Counted from the first letter of the stretch, positions 38,944 through 50,187 are shown. The stretch: DNA of 64,000 nt from an uncultured Nitrososphaerota archaeon (GCA_963701075.1 OY969559.1:1536001-1600000); one strand, 5' to 3'. Program-made: numbers and translations. Notes: generated from the sequence alone by a model not told the origin.

Positions 38944-39054
38944 ATGGGTAGCAAACAAAGCGATGAGTTTCTTGACGAGGAACCAGAAGATAGCGAAGAA
39001 GACACAGAATACCTAAATGATGAATTCGAGGAAGACGGTTCAAAAGACAAATGA
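38944..39054 (+). CDS. 36-aa highly acidic micro-protein (not in ORF track)
   Basis: MGSKQSDEFLDEEPEDSEEDTEYLNDEFEEDGSKDK. Confidence 0.55.
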   Translation: MGSKQSDEFLDEEPEDSEEDTEYLNDEFEEDGSKDK

Positions 39055-39158
39055 GTGCCACAGCACATTAGAAACATATCAGAGATTTACCAAAACGGTA
39101 CATTTGACTGATGAATCATTCGTTCTAATCACTTAAAAGATAGACTGACTTTTAGATT

Positions 39159-39413
39159 GTGTTGAGTGAATCAGAGTATAATTCTCAAATTGAGAAAATT
39201 TCATTGATGATTACTGAGGATAACATGTCGCTTGATGAACAAGATCCCATGAAACTTCAAAAATATTACGACTTTGTGAAAAAACATTTTCACTTGGATG
39301 GCGAACCTGTCATTCAATTAGTTAACGAAGCATTCTTGTATCTAAAACTGAAAAAATCAGATTCCATAGACCCTCTCCAGCATGGAGATGAGTTTGGAGC
39401 AGGCTTTAGCTGA
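39159..39413 (+). CDS. hypothetical protein
   Basis: 84-aa ORF ending FGAGFS. Confidence 0.7.
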   Translation: MLSESEYNSQIEKISLMITEDNMSLDEQDPMKLQKYYDFVKKHFHLDGEPVIQLVNEAFLYLKLKKSDSIDPLQHGDEFGAGFS

Positions 39414-39440
39414 ATTAAGAGTTTTTCACAATATACCAGT

Positions 39441-39944
39441 CTACAAACCAAACTTGAACTTGGTCTTTGAGGAAATTGCAATTATTGATAAAATTGATAC
39501 AGCAAGAATAACAAATGACAGAGAACCAAATTCTGGAAGAACTTGTGTTCCTATTATTTCAATTCTTTCAGTGCCATTAGTGAATCCGATTGAAAGAGTT
39601 CTATCAGTGCCTGTTTTGTTTTCATGAAAGTCAGTATAAGTATCATCCACAAGAACAATGAACTGATCATCGTTTGCACCAACCTTTGCATCAATTAGAG
39701 TTCTAGGCAGGTCTATAATCAAATTCCCATCGCTTGTAGAATTTAGTGAAATTACAAGCGACGTTTCATGAGTGCTAATCAGCATATCGTTTATCGTTGC
39801 ACCTGTTATTGTGTAGTTAACGTTGTAAGATTGCCCACCTGCAGGATTCTTTATGACATAGATATTCGTCGATTGTGCAAAGGACGGCGCACTTGCCAAA
39901 GAGATCACAAATACAGCCAAAATCAAATATGGTTTCCAGTGCAC
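39441..39944 (-). CDS. PEFG-CTERM surface protein
   Basis: Signal peptide, LPR.LIDA, IEIIGT.VLPEFG+TM. Confidence 0.88.
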   Translation of the reverse strand: MHWKPYLILAVFVISLASAPSFAQSTNIYVIKNPAGGQSYNVNYTITGATINDMLISTHETSLVISLNSTSDGNLIIDLPRTLIDAKVGANDDQFIVLVDDTYTDFHENKTGTDRTLSIGFTNGTERIEIIGTQVLPEFGSLSFVILAVSILSIIAISSKTKFKFGL

Positions 39945-39979
39945 AAGAGGTTTGACATTGACCTGTATTTTTCCTTTGC

Positions 39980-40115
39980 GAGCAATTCGACCTCCAGATT
40001 GTTCCAGAATTCAGAGTCTGTTGTTTTGACTCTCACATACTCAGTTTTGGCTGTCATAGCAATGACTAGTAAAACTAGACGAGGTTTTGATCTGAACACT
40101 TACACCAATTTTTAA
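39980..40115 (+). pseudogene. orphan PEF-CTERM tail fragment
   Basis: EQFDLQIVPEF then hydrophobic run and SKTRR; no upstream gene body. Confidence 0.5.
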
Positions 40116-40129
40116 TTCAAGTTATTATA

Positions 40130-40417
40130 GTGCGTTTTTGCCTTCTAGTAATGAAAGACTTGTCTAATCCAGTCCTGATAAAAAAATTAAAGGAAAAAAT
40201 AAGCCAGAACGAGAACCGCCTACAGAGATTGATGATCGAGTATGAAAACATTTGGGAAGAAACCGGCCTAGATCCAAGAGATTCTTCCTACCTTGTAGAA
40301 AAAACCATGCGTTTTGAGATTGCACAAAAAAATATTACTACCATATTTTCCGCCTTCAAGGATTTAATTGAAAATTACAAGAATCTCTGCCAAGAACTAG
40401 AAAAAATAGATGAATAA
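40130..40417 (+). CDS. coiled-coil hypothetical protein
   Basis: 95-aa ORF coupled to the next gene. Confidence 0.65.
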   Translation: MRFCLLVMKDLSNPVLIKKLKEKISQNENRLQRLMIEYENIWEETGLDPRDSSYLVEKTMRFEIAQKNITTIFSAFKDLIENYKNLCQELEKIDE

Positions 40418-40966
40418 TGCAAATAATAGAATCTGCCGAGTTATTTGCCAAGGAAAGACATGCTGGCAGGATAAGAAATGACAATACTCCTTACTTGGAT
40501 CATTTGAAAGGAATGGTAAACAGACTGAAAAATCTTGGGATATCAGACCAAGAAGTACTTGCAGCAGCATGGCTACATGGCATCATGGAAGAAACCAACA
40601 CGACATTTGATGAAATTGATAAAAGGTTTGGCAGCAGGATAGCGGTTCTTGTTCTTGCATCACACAAAGACAAAAGCCTTCCAAGGGATCAGGTAGAAAA
40701 ACAGTATATCAAGCAATTAAAGGAATCTCCCATTGAAGCGAAGCTAATCAAGACTTTGTGATATTTCAACAAATCTCAAAGATTTAAAAAACGCCACATG
40801 GTCAAAGACCAAAAAAACAAAACAAGTTAAAAAGAATCTATATTATCTCAATATAATAAAGTTAGAACTATCAAATAATAAAACCCAGTATCCAGAGATT
40901 CAAAATATCGTAAATGGCATAAATGAAGTAATTTCAACACATGGTCAAAGACCAATTGTGTTATAA
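40417..40966 (+). CDS. HD_4/Mesh1-like HD-domain protein (HD reads HG); frameshift at 40751
   Basis: FAKERH.G..R...PY..H, AAWLHG..E.T, IKLCD after correction. Confidence 0.8.
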
Positions 40967-41023
40967 TTAGAAGACTTGTCCAATATAAGAAGAGATATCA
41001 ATGAATGCCCCATAACACATACA

Positions 41024-41167
41024 ATGGTAGAAGAAAAAAAGAAAATAAAGTCAAACACGGAGGATGAGTACAACAATGCCTTGGCCTCTGACGATCCAAC
41101 CAAAATATCAAAGGACGCCCAAGAGACATTAGCACGAGAGGCAATCAAGAAATTCAAGTCTTTGTGA
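41024..41167 (+). CDS. small hypothetical protein
   Basis: MVEEKKK...; start uncertain. Confidence 0.45.
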   Translation: MVEEKKKIKSNTEDEYNNALASDDPTKISKDAQETLAREAIKKFKSL

Positions 41168-41192
41168 CATACCCTATCGCTTTTATCTGGGA

Positions 41193-41823
41193 TTGAATAC
41201 CTATCATTTATTGTCTGATAACTTGGTAAATTCTGTTCAACAGATCATCATTCTTGGCAAAGGAGACCGCCTAAGATTAGAGTACATTCTCGAACTCTTA
41301 ACAAAAGGCAAAACTTTGCCCACATCGGATCAAAAATATTTGGAAAGCATCATTCCCTTGTATCTAGGCACACAAGATGCGGAATCTCTACAAAAGCACA
41401 TGGAAAACGTGATAGATACACTGCACGGAGAGATCCGGACACTCAATGAGAGACTTTCAAGGCTTGAAAGAAAAGGGTTTGAGAAATATGTTGGTAAAAA
41501 AGCAATCTTTTTCTTTGCTACTGTATTTGTGGGCTGGCATGTATTTCAGAGTCTATACAATGTCTTTTCTTGGACCATATTTGCCTTCCAACATAGAACA
41601 ATATCTATTTCCACTAAACATGTTGGCAAATAGTTTTAATGCCAACTCTTTGGTCTGGCTAGTTTTCATTTTCATGGCAGCAGCATGGCCATTTATTGGT
41701 GCTGCGTATCTGGCAAAATTCATAAAATCACACAAGAATGTTTCATGTACCGATAAGACGATAAATCGCTGCAATATACAAGAAACTGCAGGTAAGTTAG
41801 AAGGATGGGGTTGGAATATCTAA
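41193..41823 (+). CDS. membrane protein; frameshift at 41550
   Basis: GKGD..RLEYI..L..GK.L..SDQKYL N-domain, then TM segments across two frames. Confidence 0.7.
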
Positions 41824-41914
41824 CTTTATCCTACAGTCTCTATGAGCTGTGCTGATAATATGTTATTAAGAGGATAGCATTAAGTTGCAACTATTTGCAA
41901 TCTGTATTTCCAAC

Positions 41915-42640
41915 TCACTTTAATGGAAATTGCAATTTTGCCTTCGCTGAAATAATTATGATAGAAACCATAGAGAAAATAAGAACTGCTGATACAACAG
42001 ATCCAAACTCTGGCACAGTAGGCTGCGGTCCTACATAAAATGTGTATACGGATCTCTCAAAATCCGCTGCATTTTGATTAAAACCATTCGGTGATGAGAC
42101 CATAACAAGGAAATACTGCCTGCCATCCTTTAACCAGAAGGAAAATTCTTCAGTAATTGGACTATTCTGCGTAGCTTGGTTCCCTAAGGCAGTTTGATTC
42201 TCTGCAACAACTGCTTGAATCACAAAGCCGTCAGAAAACCTCTGAATATTTTTTTGATATACAACATATTTTGATGTATCAAATAGCTTTGCAATGGCAA
42301 GATCTAGAATCTGATCATCTGGGATCGATAATACCGCGTCAGATATGGGTTTACCTTGATAAAAGTAAATTGCAAAGTTGGCCGTGCTGTTTTGATTCTC
42401 ATTTTCAAATACTGCCAATGTTGAATCTGACTGATTGGTCTGTGGCACTGGAATCCACCCAAGCGGAGGCAAAATGGAAAAGTTGTACGCAGGATCAGTA
42501 TATGTATTGGTTTGAATGTTTGCAGGGTTAAACATAGGAGTTAACGAACTCTGAGTAGTGTTTCCTTCTGCCCATGCAGGATTTGTCATCAAGAAAGTAA
42601 GGGTAACGCCCAACAGAATAGAGCAAAAAACTAATCTCAA
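41915..42640 (-). CDS. PEFG-CTERM surface protein (PsbP-like fold suspected)
   Basis: Signal peptide, FSILPPLGW, VPEFG+TM. Confidence 0.85.
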   Translation of the reverse strand: MRLVFCSILLGVTLTFLMTNPAWAEGNTTQSSLTPMFNPANIQTNTYTDPAYNFSILPPLGWIPVPQTNQSDSTLAVFENENQNSTANFAIYFYQGKPISDAVLSIPDDQILDLAIAKLFDTSKYVVYQKNIQRFSDGFVIQAVVAENQTALGNQATQNSPITEEFSFWLKDGRQYFLVMVSSPNGFNQNAADFERSVYTFYVGPQPTVPEFGSVVSAVLIFSMVSIIIISAKAKLQFPLK

Positions 42641-42722
42641 TTTAAAAGAATTTCTAGTATCTACTATAAGAAGTATGATGCACGATAATTTTGTTTTTTA
42701 AGATGGGGATTACATCAGACGT

Positions 42723-43385
42723 TCATGAAATAATTCTGTAGCATAGACAGCCGTCTCTTATTTCAGGTTTGGAAAAAGAAACAGGGTATTCTTTGACTCT
42801 GCCATCACCGTCTGGAATCAGTTTATTGTAAGGATAGTATGATAGGGATTGTGGATCTGACGGATCATCGCCTTGGCCAAACAAGAGCTGTGAGATTTCA
42901 ACATGAAATCTTATCGGATAAGGAAAATTTCCGCTCTTGTTCCACCATTCTATACCAGTGAAATGGTTTGCGCCCTCGAAAATAAACGACCTATCGTCCA
43001 CGATAAAATCAAATTTCTCAGATTTGTTTACGGTTATGTCCTTTAGAATATATGTGATGGACTTGGTAGCCGAATTCATAATTATCTGGCGCATGTAGGA
43101 ATGATCTACTTCTGGTCTTATCATAGTGAATTCATGCTGATTTATTCCTCCAAATATTGCATGAAACTTGCCGTCGTCATTAAAAGAACAGATAAGATTA
43201 AGCTCAAGTGGCACGTTTTGTCTGTTAAACAACTCTAGCAGATATAGCATCCATGACTTGTCAGGTATTTTGTTTCCAAGATCTGCGTCTAATGTTATGA
43301 TATCAGATATAGAAATAACACGTGGAGGAAAAAACACGTTTCCCCTATCTTCAATATGGCAGAAAGAGCCTACCCAAAAATGCAC
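42723..43385 (-). CDS. hypothetical protein
   Basis: 220-aa ORF. Confidence 0.7.
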   Translation of the reverse strand: MHFWVGSFCHIEDRGNVFFPPRVISISDIITLDADLGNKIPDKSWMLYLLELFNRQNVPLELNLICSFNDDGKFHAIFGGINQHEFTMIRPEVDHSYMRQIIMNSATKSITYILKDITVNKSEKFDFIVDDRSFIFEGANHFTGIEWWNKSGNFPYPIRFHVEISQLLFGQGDDPSDPQSLSYYPYNKLIPDGDGRVKEYPVSFSKPEIRDGCLCYRIIS

Positions 43386-43521
43386 ATAGGTAAATAAGAT
43401 TTGATACTATTTTTCATTTGTTATATCGTAACATGTTTTAAAATTGATTATGTGTAAAAGAAATACTCTGTTATGACATGTAATATGCGATTGAGCAGAC
43501 TTTTTATCCTATCTTGGTTGC

Positions 43522-44916
43522 ATGAATTTTATGTTAAAATATTTTTTACTTCTTTTGCTTTTTGTTCCTGCCGAATCATTTGCCTTTACAACAGGTCAGA
43601 ATGCTACTTTGGTCATAGGACATGATGATTTTGATACAGGAGGGACAATCCATGATAATGCAACATCAGACGTCCTGTATTCTCCAGACGGCGTGGCATT
43701 TGATAAATCAGGAGATCTTTGGATTGCGGATACTGGATTCAATCGTTTGCTAGAGTTTGCTCCTCCGTTTACAAGCGGTGAAGAAGCAACACTTGTACTA
43801 GGACAAGATGATTTTGTTTCCACCAGTCCTGCATTGTCTGCAACTGGTCTTGACCAACCCTATGGATTAGCATTTGATAGTGACGGAAACATTTGGGTTG
43901 CTGATACTAATAACAACAGAATAGTGGAATACAGGACACCTTTTACAAATGGCGAAACAGTCTCTCTTGTGATTGGATATCCAAGCTTTGACAAAGGCGT
44001 ATATCCAACAACTGCAGGCTCACTTGCTGCTCCATATGGACTTGCGTTTGACAAATCAGGAAACTTGTGGGCCGTGGATTATTATAACAACAGAATACTG
44101 GAATATGTTCCACCATTCAAAAATCAAATGAATGCATCACTTGAAATAGGACAGCCTGATCTTACAAGCAATTCGGATGGAACAACTGCAAATCGATTGA
44201 ATTTACCAAGTGCTATTGCATTTGATGAAAAAGGTAACCTATGGGTGACTGACAGTCTTAATAACAGGGTACTAGAGTTTTCTTATCCATTTTCTACTGA
44301 CCAATCTGCTACATTGGTAGTTGGACAAGAAAATTTTACAACAAACCTTCCAGGTGTTACTGATGATTCCATGAATACTCCATACGGAATAATATTTGAC
44401 AGATCAGGAAACTTGTGGGTTACTGATGGAAACAACGCTAGAGTCTTGGGATATACCCCACCATTTAGCAACGGTATGAGCGCGTCTCTTGTTTTAGGTC
44501 AGACAAATTTTGCTGAGATGGTTTCCGGTACATCGGCTAACCTGTTGGCTGAACCATATGATGTAAAAGTAGATAATAGTGGTAACCTTTGGGTTGCAGA
44601 CACTGACAACAACAGAGTGCTAGAATTTGCTACAACTGTCACTAGCACCCAGATTCCATCATGGGTCAAAAACAACGCCAAATGGTGGTCAGAAGACACT
44701 ATTAGCGACCAGACATTTGTAAGCGGAATTCAATACATGATAAAAGAGGGAATCATAGTTGTTCCATCTACCAATTCTAGCACTAGCCAATCACAGCAGA
44801 TTCCCTCATGGATAAAGAATTCAGCAGGGTGGTGGGCAAGCGGTCAGATATCAGACGATAGCTTTGTGAAAGGAATCCAATATCTTATCAGCAATGGAAT
44901 AATCAATGTTGGATGA
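43522..44916 (+). CDS. secreted NHL-repeat beta-propeller protein
   Basis: Six P.G.AFD..GNLWV.D..NNRVL repeats; two C-terminal IPSWxKNxAxWW motifs. Confidence 0.92.
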   Translation: MNFMLKYFLLLLLFVPAESFAFTTGQNATLVIGHDDFDTGGTIHDNATSDVLYSPDGVAFDKSGDLWIADTGFNRLLEFAPPFTSGEEATLVLGQDDFVSTSPALSATGLDQPYGLAFDSDGNIWVADTNNNRIVEYRTPFTNGETVSLVIGYPSFDKGVYPTTAGSLAAPYGLAFDKSGNLWAVDYYNNRILEYVPPFKNQMNASLEIGQPDLTSNSDGTTANRLNLPSAIAFDEKGNLWVTDSLNNRVLEFSYPFSTDQSATLVVGQENFTTNLPGVTDDSMNTPYGIIFDRSGNLWVTDGNNARVLGYTPPFSNGMSASLVLGQTNFAEMVSGTSANLLAEPYDVKVDNSGNLWVADTDNNRVLEFATTVTSTQIPSWVKNNAKWWSEDTISDQTFVSGIQYMIKEGIIVVPSTNSSTSQSQQIPSWIKNSAGWWASGQISDDSFVKGIQYLISNGIINVG

Positions 44917-45493
44917 TATTTGAGTCAGTACTAGGTTTTCTTTTTTTCCTAAAATCATTTATAGTTATTAGCGAACCTACTATCAACGTGATCATTCCTA
45001 TTATGACCATTCCAATTGCTACAGGTATGACATAGCAGTTTATTCCATTAGCAGAATCACATGTTCCACTAAGATAAGGATCTTCTCCCAATACCACGGT
45101 GACATTTACTGGCGCGTTGCCTAGGTTTAGTATGCTTAAAGAGTAATTCCCTTGTTCTTGCGGTCTTTTCTCTATGATGTGGTACACAAATCCATTGTTA
45201 CTTTCTTTTTCAAATATTTCTCCATTAGGCTCTGTTACTTGTAATTTTATCGAACCTAAGGTAGGCATTACATGAACCACAAGTACAGTGTGTTCACTCA
45301 ATTCATCCCAGGTAATTGTTGAATTTATCGATTGACCCTGCGATACTTCCGTATCTTCAATTATGTCATGTTTTGTCTTCATCATTGATTCAACTAGATC
45401 GTATGAGTTATCAAAGATGTTAGAGCCCACAACAAGCAAGACTGCTCCAATCGATACAATTATCAAGCCACGTAGAGGGCATAATTTTGCCAA
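44903..45493 (-). CDS. 2-TM membrane protein
   Basis: Terminal TM helices around an extracellular domain. Confidence 0.75.
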   Translation of the reverse strand: MAKLCPLRGLIIVSIGAVLLVVGSNIFDNSYDLVESMMKTKHDIIEDTEVSQGQSINSTITWDELSEHTVLVVHVMPTLGSIKLQVTEPNGEIFEKESNNGFVYHIIEKRPQEQGNYSLSILNLGNAPVNVTVVLGEDPYLSGTCDSANGINCYVIPVAIGMVIIGMITLIVGSLITINDFRKKRKPSTDSNIIQH

Positions 45494-45587
45494 ATTGCAA
45501 TTACAAAACAGATCTGCCTAATAAGAAACTACCCTGTCATTTTGAGAAATATGTCTGCAGAATCTAGCAAGATGTGAAAAATTTGCT

Positions 45588-45860
45588 TCATTCCTTAGGT
45601 TCAATAAAAGACGATATATCGATGGTGGAACAAGCGCACTTGCAATAGACATTATTCTTACTTTTGAAGGTAAAGTGTTTTTTGCCGCTTTTGTCTATTG
45701 AGCCAGACACTAGCAGTAGTTTTTTGTCACTTAGCCTCTTAACCTGTCTATATATGGTGGTCAAGGAAACATCACAGTCCTTGCTTAGTTGATAGGCACT
45801 TTTGGGAGAAGTGGCAGAACGTAGAATGTGCTTTACACTTTCATCTGAAAGTATCTTCAA
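45588..45860 (-). CDS. ArsR-like winged-helix protein
   Basis: PKSAYQLSKDCDVSLTTIYRQV..L. Confidence 0.75.
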   Translation of the reverse strand: MKILSDESVKHILRSATSPKSAYQLSKDCDVSLTTIYRQVKRLSDKKLLLVSGSIDKSGKKHFTFKSKNNVYCKCACSTIDISSFIEPKE

Positions 45861-45996
45861 TAGATGTTCTGGAATTGTCCCATCCTTTTGGTTATTTTGA
45901 GGCGTATTGATCGTGTCATATTAAATTATTACACTCCTAAAGATAAACTTGATTTAAGTGGTTGCAAACGATTGCAGAAAATGAGATAAAAAGATC

Positions 45997-47041
45997 TTAC
46001 GATGAATTAAAGTATTTTAGTGCATCCTGAATTGTGTTTATCTCAATTACTTTCATCCCGTATTTGCTCTCCATTAGTGGTGAGAGCGGTTCTTGCTCGG
46101 TAGTACACGTTTGATATGTTATAGGTCCCTCGTTTTTTTCACTGCAGTTTTGAACAGTGCTAACTGCTTGCCCTTGAGGTACAAGAAATATTTTTGCGCC
46201 ATATTGGCCTGCCGCATCAGCTTTCACGTCTGCTGCCCCTATCTGCCCGATAGTACCATCTGGCTGGATTGTACCAGTCATCAATACCTGATTGTTGATT
46301 TGTTTTCCAAGTAGTTCTGAAACCAGCAATACCGTCATAGCTCCTCCTGCACTACCACCATCAACAGCCTGCAAGTCTTGATTATTTCCAGAACTAACTG
46401 AAAAAATTACATCTTTTTTGGATAGATCTATTCCAGTAACATTTTGAGCTACCATGACAGCAGTGTGTGCAGAAGACTGGAAATCTACGCCTGTCGGAAT
46501 GGCAGTATTAACTAACACAAGTCCACTGCCATCTCGAATCTCAACTGTAATTTTCAGTATAGAGCCCTGATAGACTTGTGGTTTCAAAGAACCCATCACT
46601 TTGGATGACTGGTGTTACGGCTACAGCGGATATAGATGCGTTATTTTGATCAGTGGTCGAAGATTGTGCGGTTATGCTTCGTACCTGTTGCAATAATAAG
46701 TTGTATTTAGATTGCAGAGTATCATATCTAGTTTGAAGGTCATTTATCTTCTGCAACAACTGCTGTGAGTTTTGAGTTTGTGTTTCAGACATATTCAAAA
46801 TGTTTGGCTGAGTTTCAGAAGTATGCAACATGCCTTGGTCAATCAGATATTGAATGGCCGTCAAAAAATCAGAATCGCTGGTCTGATTCTGTGACCACCA
46901 TCGTGCAGTATTTTTAATCCAGCTTGGTATAGAAGATTCTTGAGCAGAGGCTTTTATGGAACACCCAATAGTAATAGATGCTATCAAAACTAATGATAAT
47001 GTGATAATTGCGAGCTTTTTCATAACTATGTCGCGATTCAT
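45997..47041 (-). CDS. secreted S16 (Lon-C) serine protease; frameshift at 46572
   Basis: Signal peptide, IPSWIKN motif, DGGSAG, MTGTI.PDG.IG.IG...K. Confidence 0.85.
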
Positions 47042-47127
47042 TGGATAGACTCATTTTCTCAATTATAAATTTTTAGCCAGATTCTCAAAGAATGGTTGAC
47101 ACGATAATACAATCTATGTTTAGTTGT

Positions 47128-47421
47128 TTAGATTTTGTTCTTTTTCATATTGACAACAAAAGCAATTAACGAAGCTCCATAGATTGCCCCATTAATACCA
47201 TAGAACTTTATCCAATGGAAGCCAAGTTGTTGACCGCAATTTTGTGTTTTTTCTTCAGACGACCCCATCTTCACAGAATGGGATGAGAGAGGCTGGGTCA
47301 GGTTACAATCAATGTTTGCAAGTGTGTTGTACCATGCCAAAGAAAATGGAATCAAGGCTGCATATATGGCAATAAGAATAATCATCCTTAGTTTAATTGA
47401 ACGCTTGTTTTGTCTGATCAT
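47128..47421 (-). CDS. small 2-TM protein
   Basis: Two hydrophobic helices, two Cys in the loop. Confidence 0.65.
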   Translation of the reverse strand: MIRQNKRSIKLRMIILIAIYAALIPFSLAWYNTLANIDCNLTQPLSSHSVKMGSSEEKTQNCGQQLGFHWIKFYGINGAIYGASLIAFVVNMKKNKI

Positions 47422-47442
47422 ACCATGTATACTTGTGCTATG

Positions 47443-47838
47443 CTATTCCTTTTGAGATATCATACTGGCATCATTATTTGATATCATGGTAGAGTGCATG
47501 GTGTTTCTAGCAATTATATCTGGTAACTTTAATGTCATTTCTCGTAGTTTTTTCATATCTTGTAGACCGAGTTTATCTTTTGTTACATCCTGTTTATACT
47601 GGTTCTGTTCGACATATCTTAAGATCCATTGAATTTGTTGTTTTACTTCTACTTGCAATTCCTTTGGGTCCAAAATATTGTTCCAGAATTTATTAACCAA
47701 CATTTCAGCCTTGACGCAGAGCCTGCAGATTTGTATTACAGGGCAGAATACGCTAAGCCCTCCCATGGATAATCTTCGGAGTTCCCCACAACGAGGACAT
47801 GTCTCTTGCCCGTGATCGAGAAAGTCAGACGGTTCCAT
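47443..47838 (-). CDS. hypothetical protein with N-terminal Cys cluster
   Basis: CPRC...C....C..C. Confidence 0.65.
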   Translation of the reverse strand: MEPSDFLDHGQETCPRCGELRRLSMGGLSVFCPVIQICRLCVKAEMLVNKFWNNILDPKELQVEVKQQIQWILRYVEQNQYKQDVTKDKLGLQDMKKLREMTLKLPDIIARNTMHSTMISNNDASMISQKE

Positions 47839-48119
47839 CTGGTATATCCTTAAGATTTTCTTTTCACACTATTATTTAATCTGAACTATTGAAATTTACC
47901 ACCCAGGTTTTTGCCAATCAACAGAGAAATTCTCCAAATTATAACATGGTACAAAATTTGCAAAAATTTAACATCGGACAAATAGTTTCCTACAATTTAA
48001 AATCATCAGTTTACAGAATTTATTTGCGATAGATAAGATCATCAGAACACAATTTCTCAGTTTACACACATGAGAATGACCACAATAGATAAAATCAAAG
48101 TATAACTTCTAAAAATCAA

Positions 48120-48998
48120 ATGGATCCGATAAATACTGCCGTAATTGTCAAACTTGAGCCTGATTTTTCAGAAGGAAATGTCAGTTATAACCCAGACGGC
48201 ACTCTTAATCGAGCAGAAACAAAGAACATACTGGGCCCACATAGCGCTATTGCTGTTTCTGCTGCCTTTTATGCCAAGGTAAAGTATGGTGCCAAGATCT
48301 CAATAGGCACCATGGGGCCACCTATGGCTGAATCCATGCTACAGCAAGCTCAATTGATGTCTAATGCAGACGAGCTTTGTCTTTTCAGTGACAGAATCTT
48401 TGCAGGAGCCGATACACTGGCAACTGCTGAGGTTCTCAAGGCAGGAGTACAAAAAATGCATGGAAAGATGGACATTGTATTTTCCGGGCACAGAGCCTCC
48501 GATGGCGAGACTGGACAGACAGGTCCTCAGACAGCATGGAAGCTTGGAATGACATTTCTGGGGCACGTAATAGACTACGAGATAAATCTCGAGAGCAGAA
48601 CAATCAGGGCCAAGAGACTTGTCAGAATGCAAGGAGTTTACGATGTCGTTGAAGAGATTGAAGCTCCACTTCCTGTTTTTATTGCAATAGATCCTTCATA
48701 CAAACCCAAATTCAACACAGTGTCACAACGGTTAGCTTATGAGAAATACCAAAAGGAGGCAGGCGAGCGCGCTCAAAACTTTAAACAGTATCTCAAAGTC
48801 TTCAATGCTGTACAGATAGAAGCAGACCCAACGCTTATTGGAATGTCTGGCTCTCCAACTATTGTTTACAAAGTAGAACGCATACCAAAAGGCAAGGCAA
48901 CCAGACAAGCTGAAATCATAGATGGTTCAAATCAAGAACAGATTCGCAAAGTTGTCGCAAGATTTCAACAGTCATTATCCACAGCGGTGATAAAATGA
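48120..48998 (+). CDS. fixA: electron transfer flavoprotein beta subunit (FixA)
   Basis: GTLNR, TMGPP, SDR.FAGADTLATA, DGETGQTGP, GSPT.V. Confidence 0.92.
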   Translation: MDPINTAVIVKLEPDFSEGNVSYNPDGTLNRAETKNILGPHSAIAVSAAFYAKVKYGAKISIGTMGPPMAESMLQQAQLMSNADELCLFSDRIFAGADTLATAEVLKAGVQKMHGKMDIVFSGHRASDGETGQTGPQTAWKLGMTFLGHVIDYEINLESRTIRAKRLVRMQGVYDVVEEIEAPLPVFIAIDPSYKPKFNTVSQRLAYEKYQKEAGERAQNFKQYLKVFNAVQIEADPTLIGMSGSPTIVYKVERIPKGKATRQAEIIDGSNQEQIRKVVARFQQSLSTAVIK

Positions 48999-50179
48999 CA
49001 GAGGGAGATTACAGACATGTTTACATTGTAATAGAGCATGAAGAAGAAAAGATACTACAAGTAAGTCTTGAAATGCTCGGAGAAGCAAGAAGAATATTAG
49101 ATGATTTTAACAAGAAATACTCATCTAAAGAAAAAGTTGTTGCCGTTTTATTGGGATACAACATAAAAAACATACCAAAAACTTTGATTCAACATGGAGC
49201 AGACGCAGTAATTTGTGCAGACGATCCAGAATTAAAATATGTCAGAAATACGGTTTACACCAAGACGATATCTGAGATAGCAACAGATAGAGACATCGCG
49301 GCAAAGATAGAGCCGGAATATGCAGTACAATTCAAGAGGCCCAGATACATGTTCTTTGCAGCTGACAGCATAGGAAGACACCTTTCTGCAACAGTTTTAG
49401 CACATCTAGAGTCTGGTCTTGCATCAGACATCAACAAGTTAGTTGTAGGAGACCTTCAGATAACTCACCAAAACAAGACAGGTGGAAAACCTCTCACTTA
49501 TGAAAAAACACTTGAGATGTACAGGCCAGACTTTTCTGGATTTTTATGGACTACGATCCTTTGTCTAGATAATAAAAATCCAGCAATGCCAAGAGATTAT
49601 CACCCGCAAGCTTGCAGTATAATACCAGGAGTTTTTGAAATAATCCAACCTGACCCAAATCGCGATGGCAAGATAATTGAGTACGCACCAAAGTTTGACG
49701 AACAAGATCTAAAAGTCAAGATCATAGACCGTAAGATCATCAAGAGTGAGATTGACTTTGATAGCCACAAAACAATAGTAAGCTTTGGGCGCGGAGTCAA
49801 AGATTCGCCTGAGCAAAACATCAAGTTAATCGAACAACTTGCTGCAGAATTGGATGCACAGATTGGGATCACCCTACCGCTGTCCAAAAGGCCATTCTCT
49901 GTTAGTCAAACAGTAGATTCCACTTACCTAATACCAGATAGAGTAATAGGTACTAGTGGAAGAAAGGTTAATCCAAAATTGTACATAGCTGTTGGGATCA
50001 GCGGTGCCATGCAACACATAGCAGGTATGAAAGAGTCAGAGACAATCATTGCAATCAATCCAGACGAGAACGCATTAATCAAAGATGAATGCGATGTCTT
50101 CATAAAAGGAAGAATGGAAGATGTCATTCCAGTCCTCATAGAAGAGATAAGGAAACAAAAACAGGTCGTTCAGGCGTAA
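48995..50179 (+). CDS. fixB: electron transfer flavoprotein alpha subunit (FixB)
   Basis: IG.SGRKV.PKLYIAVGISGAMQHIAGM. Confidence 0.92.
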   Translation: MTEGDYRHVYIVIEHEEEKILQVSLEMLGEARRILDDFNKKYSSKEKVVAVLLGYNIKNIPKTLIQHGADAVICADDPELKYVRNTVYTKTISEIATDRDIAAKIEPEYAVQFKRPRYMFFAADSIGRHLSATVLAHLESGLASDINKLVVGDLQITHQNKTGGKPLTYEKTLEMYRPDFSGFLWTTILCLDNKNPAMPRDYHPQACSIIPGVFEIIQPDPNRDGKIIEYAPKFDEQDLKVKIIDRKIIKSEIDFDSHKTIVSFGRGVKDSPEQNIKLIEQLAAELDAQIGITLPLSKRPFSVSQTVDSTYLIPDRVIGTSGRKVNPKLYIAVGISGAMQHIAGMKESETIIAINPDENALIKDECDVFIKGRMEDVIPVLIEEIRKQKQVVQA

Positions 50180-50187
50180 GGTGAGAT

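Noticed and set aside
47947-47953. TGGTACA outside the island (also TGTACCA at 4667)
   Set aside because: No start codon at the 41-54 nt spacing and no dyad; not counted in the regulon
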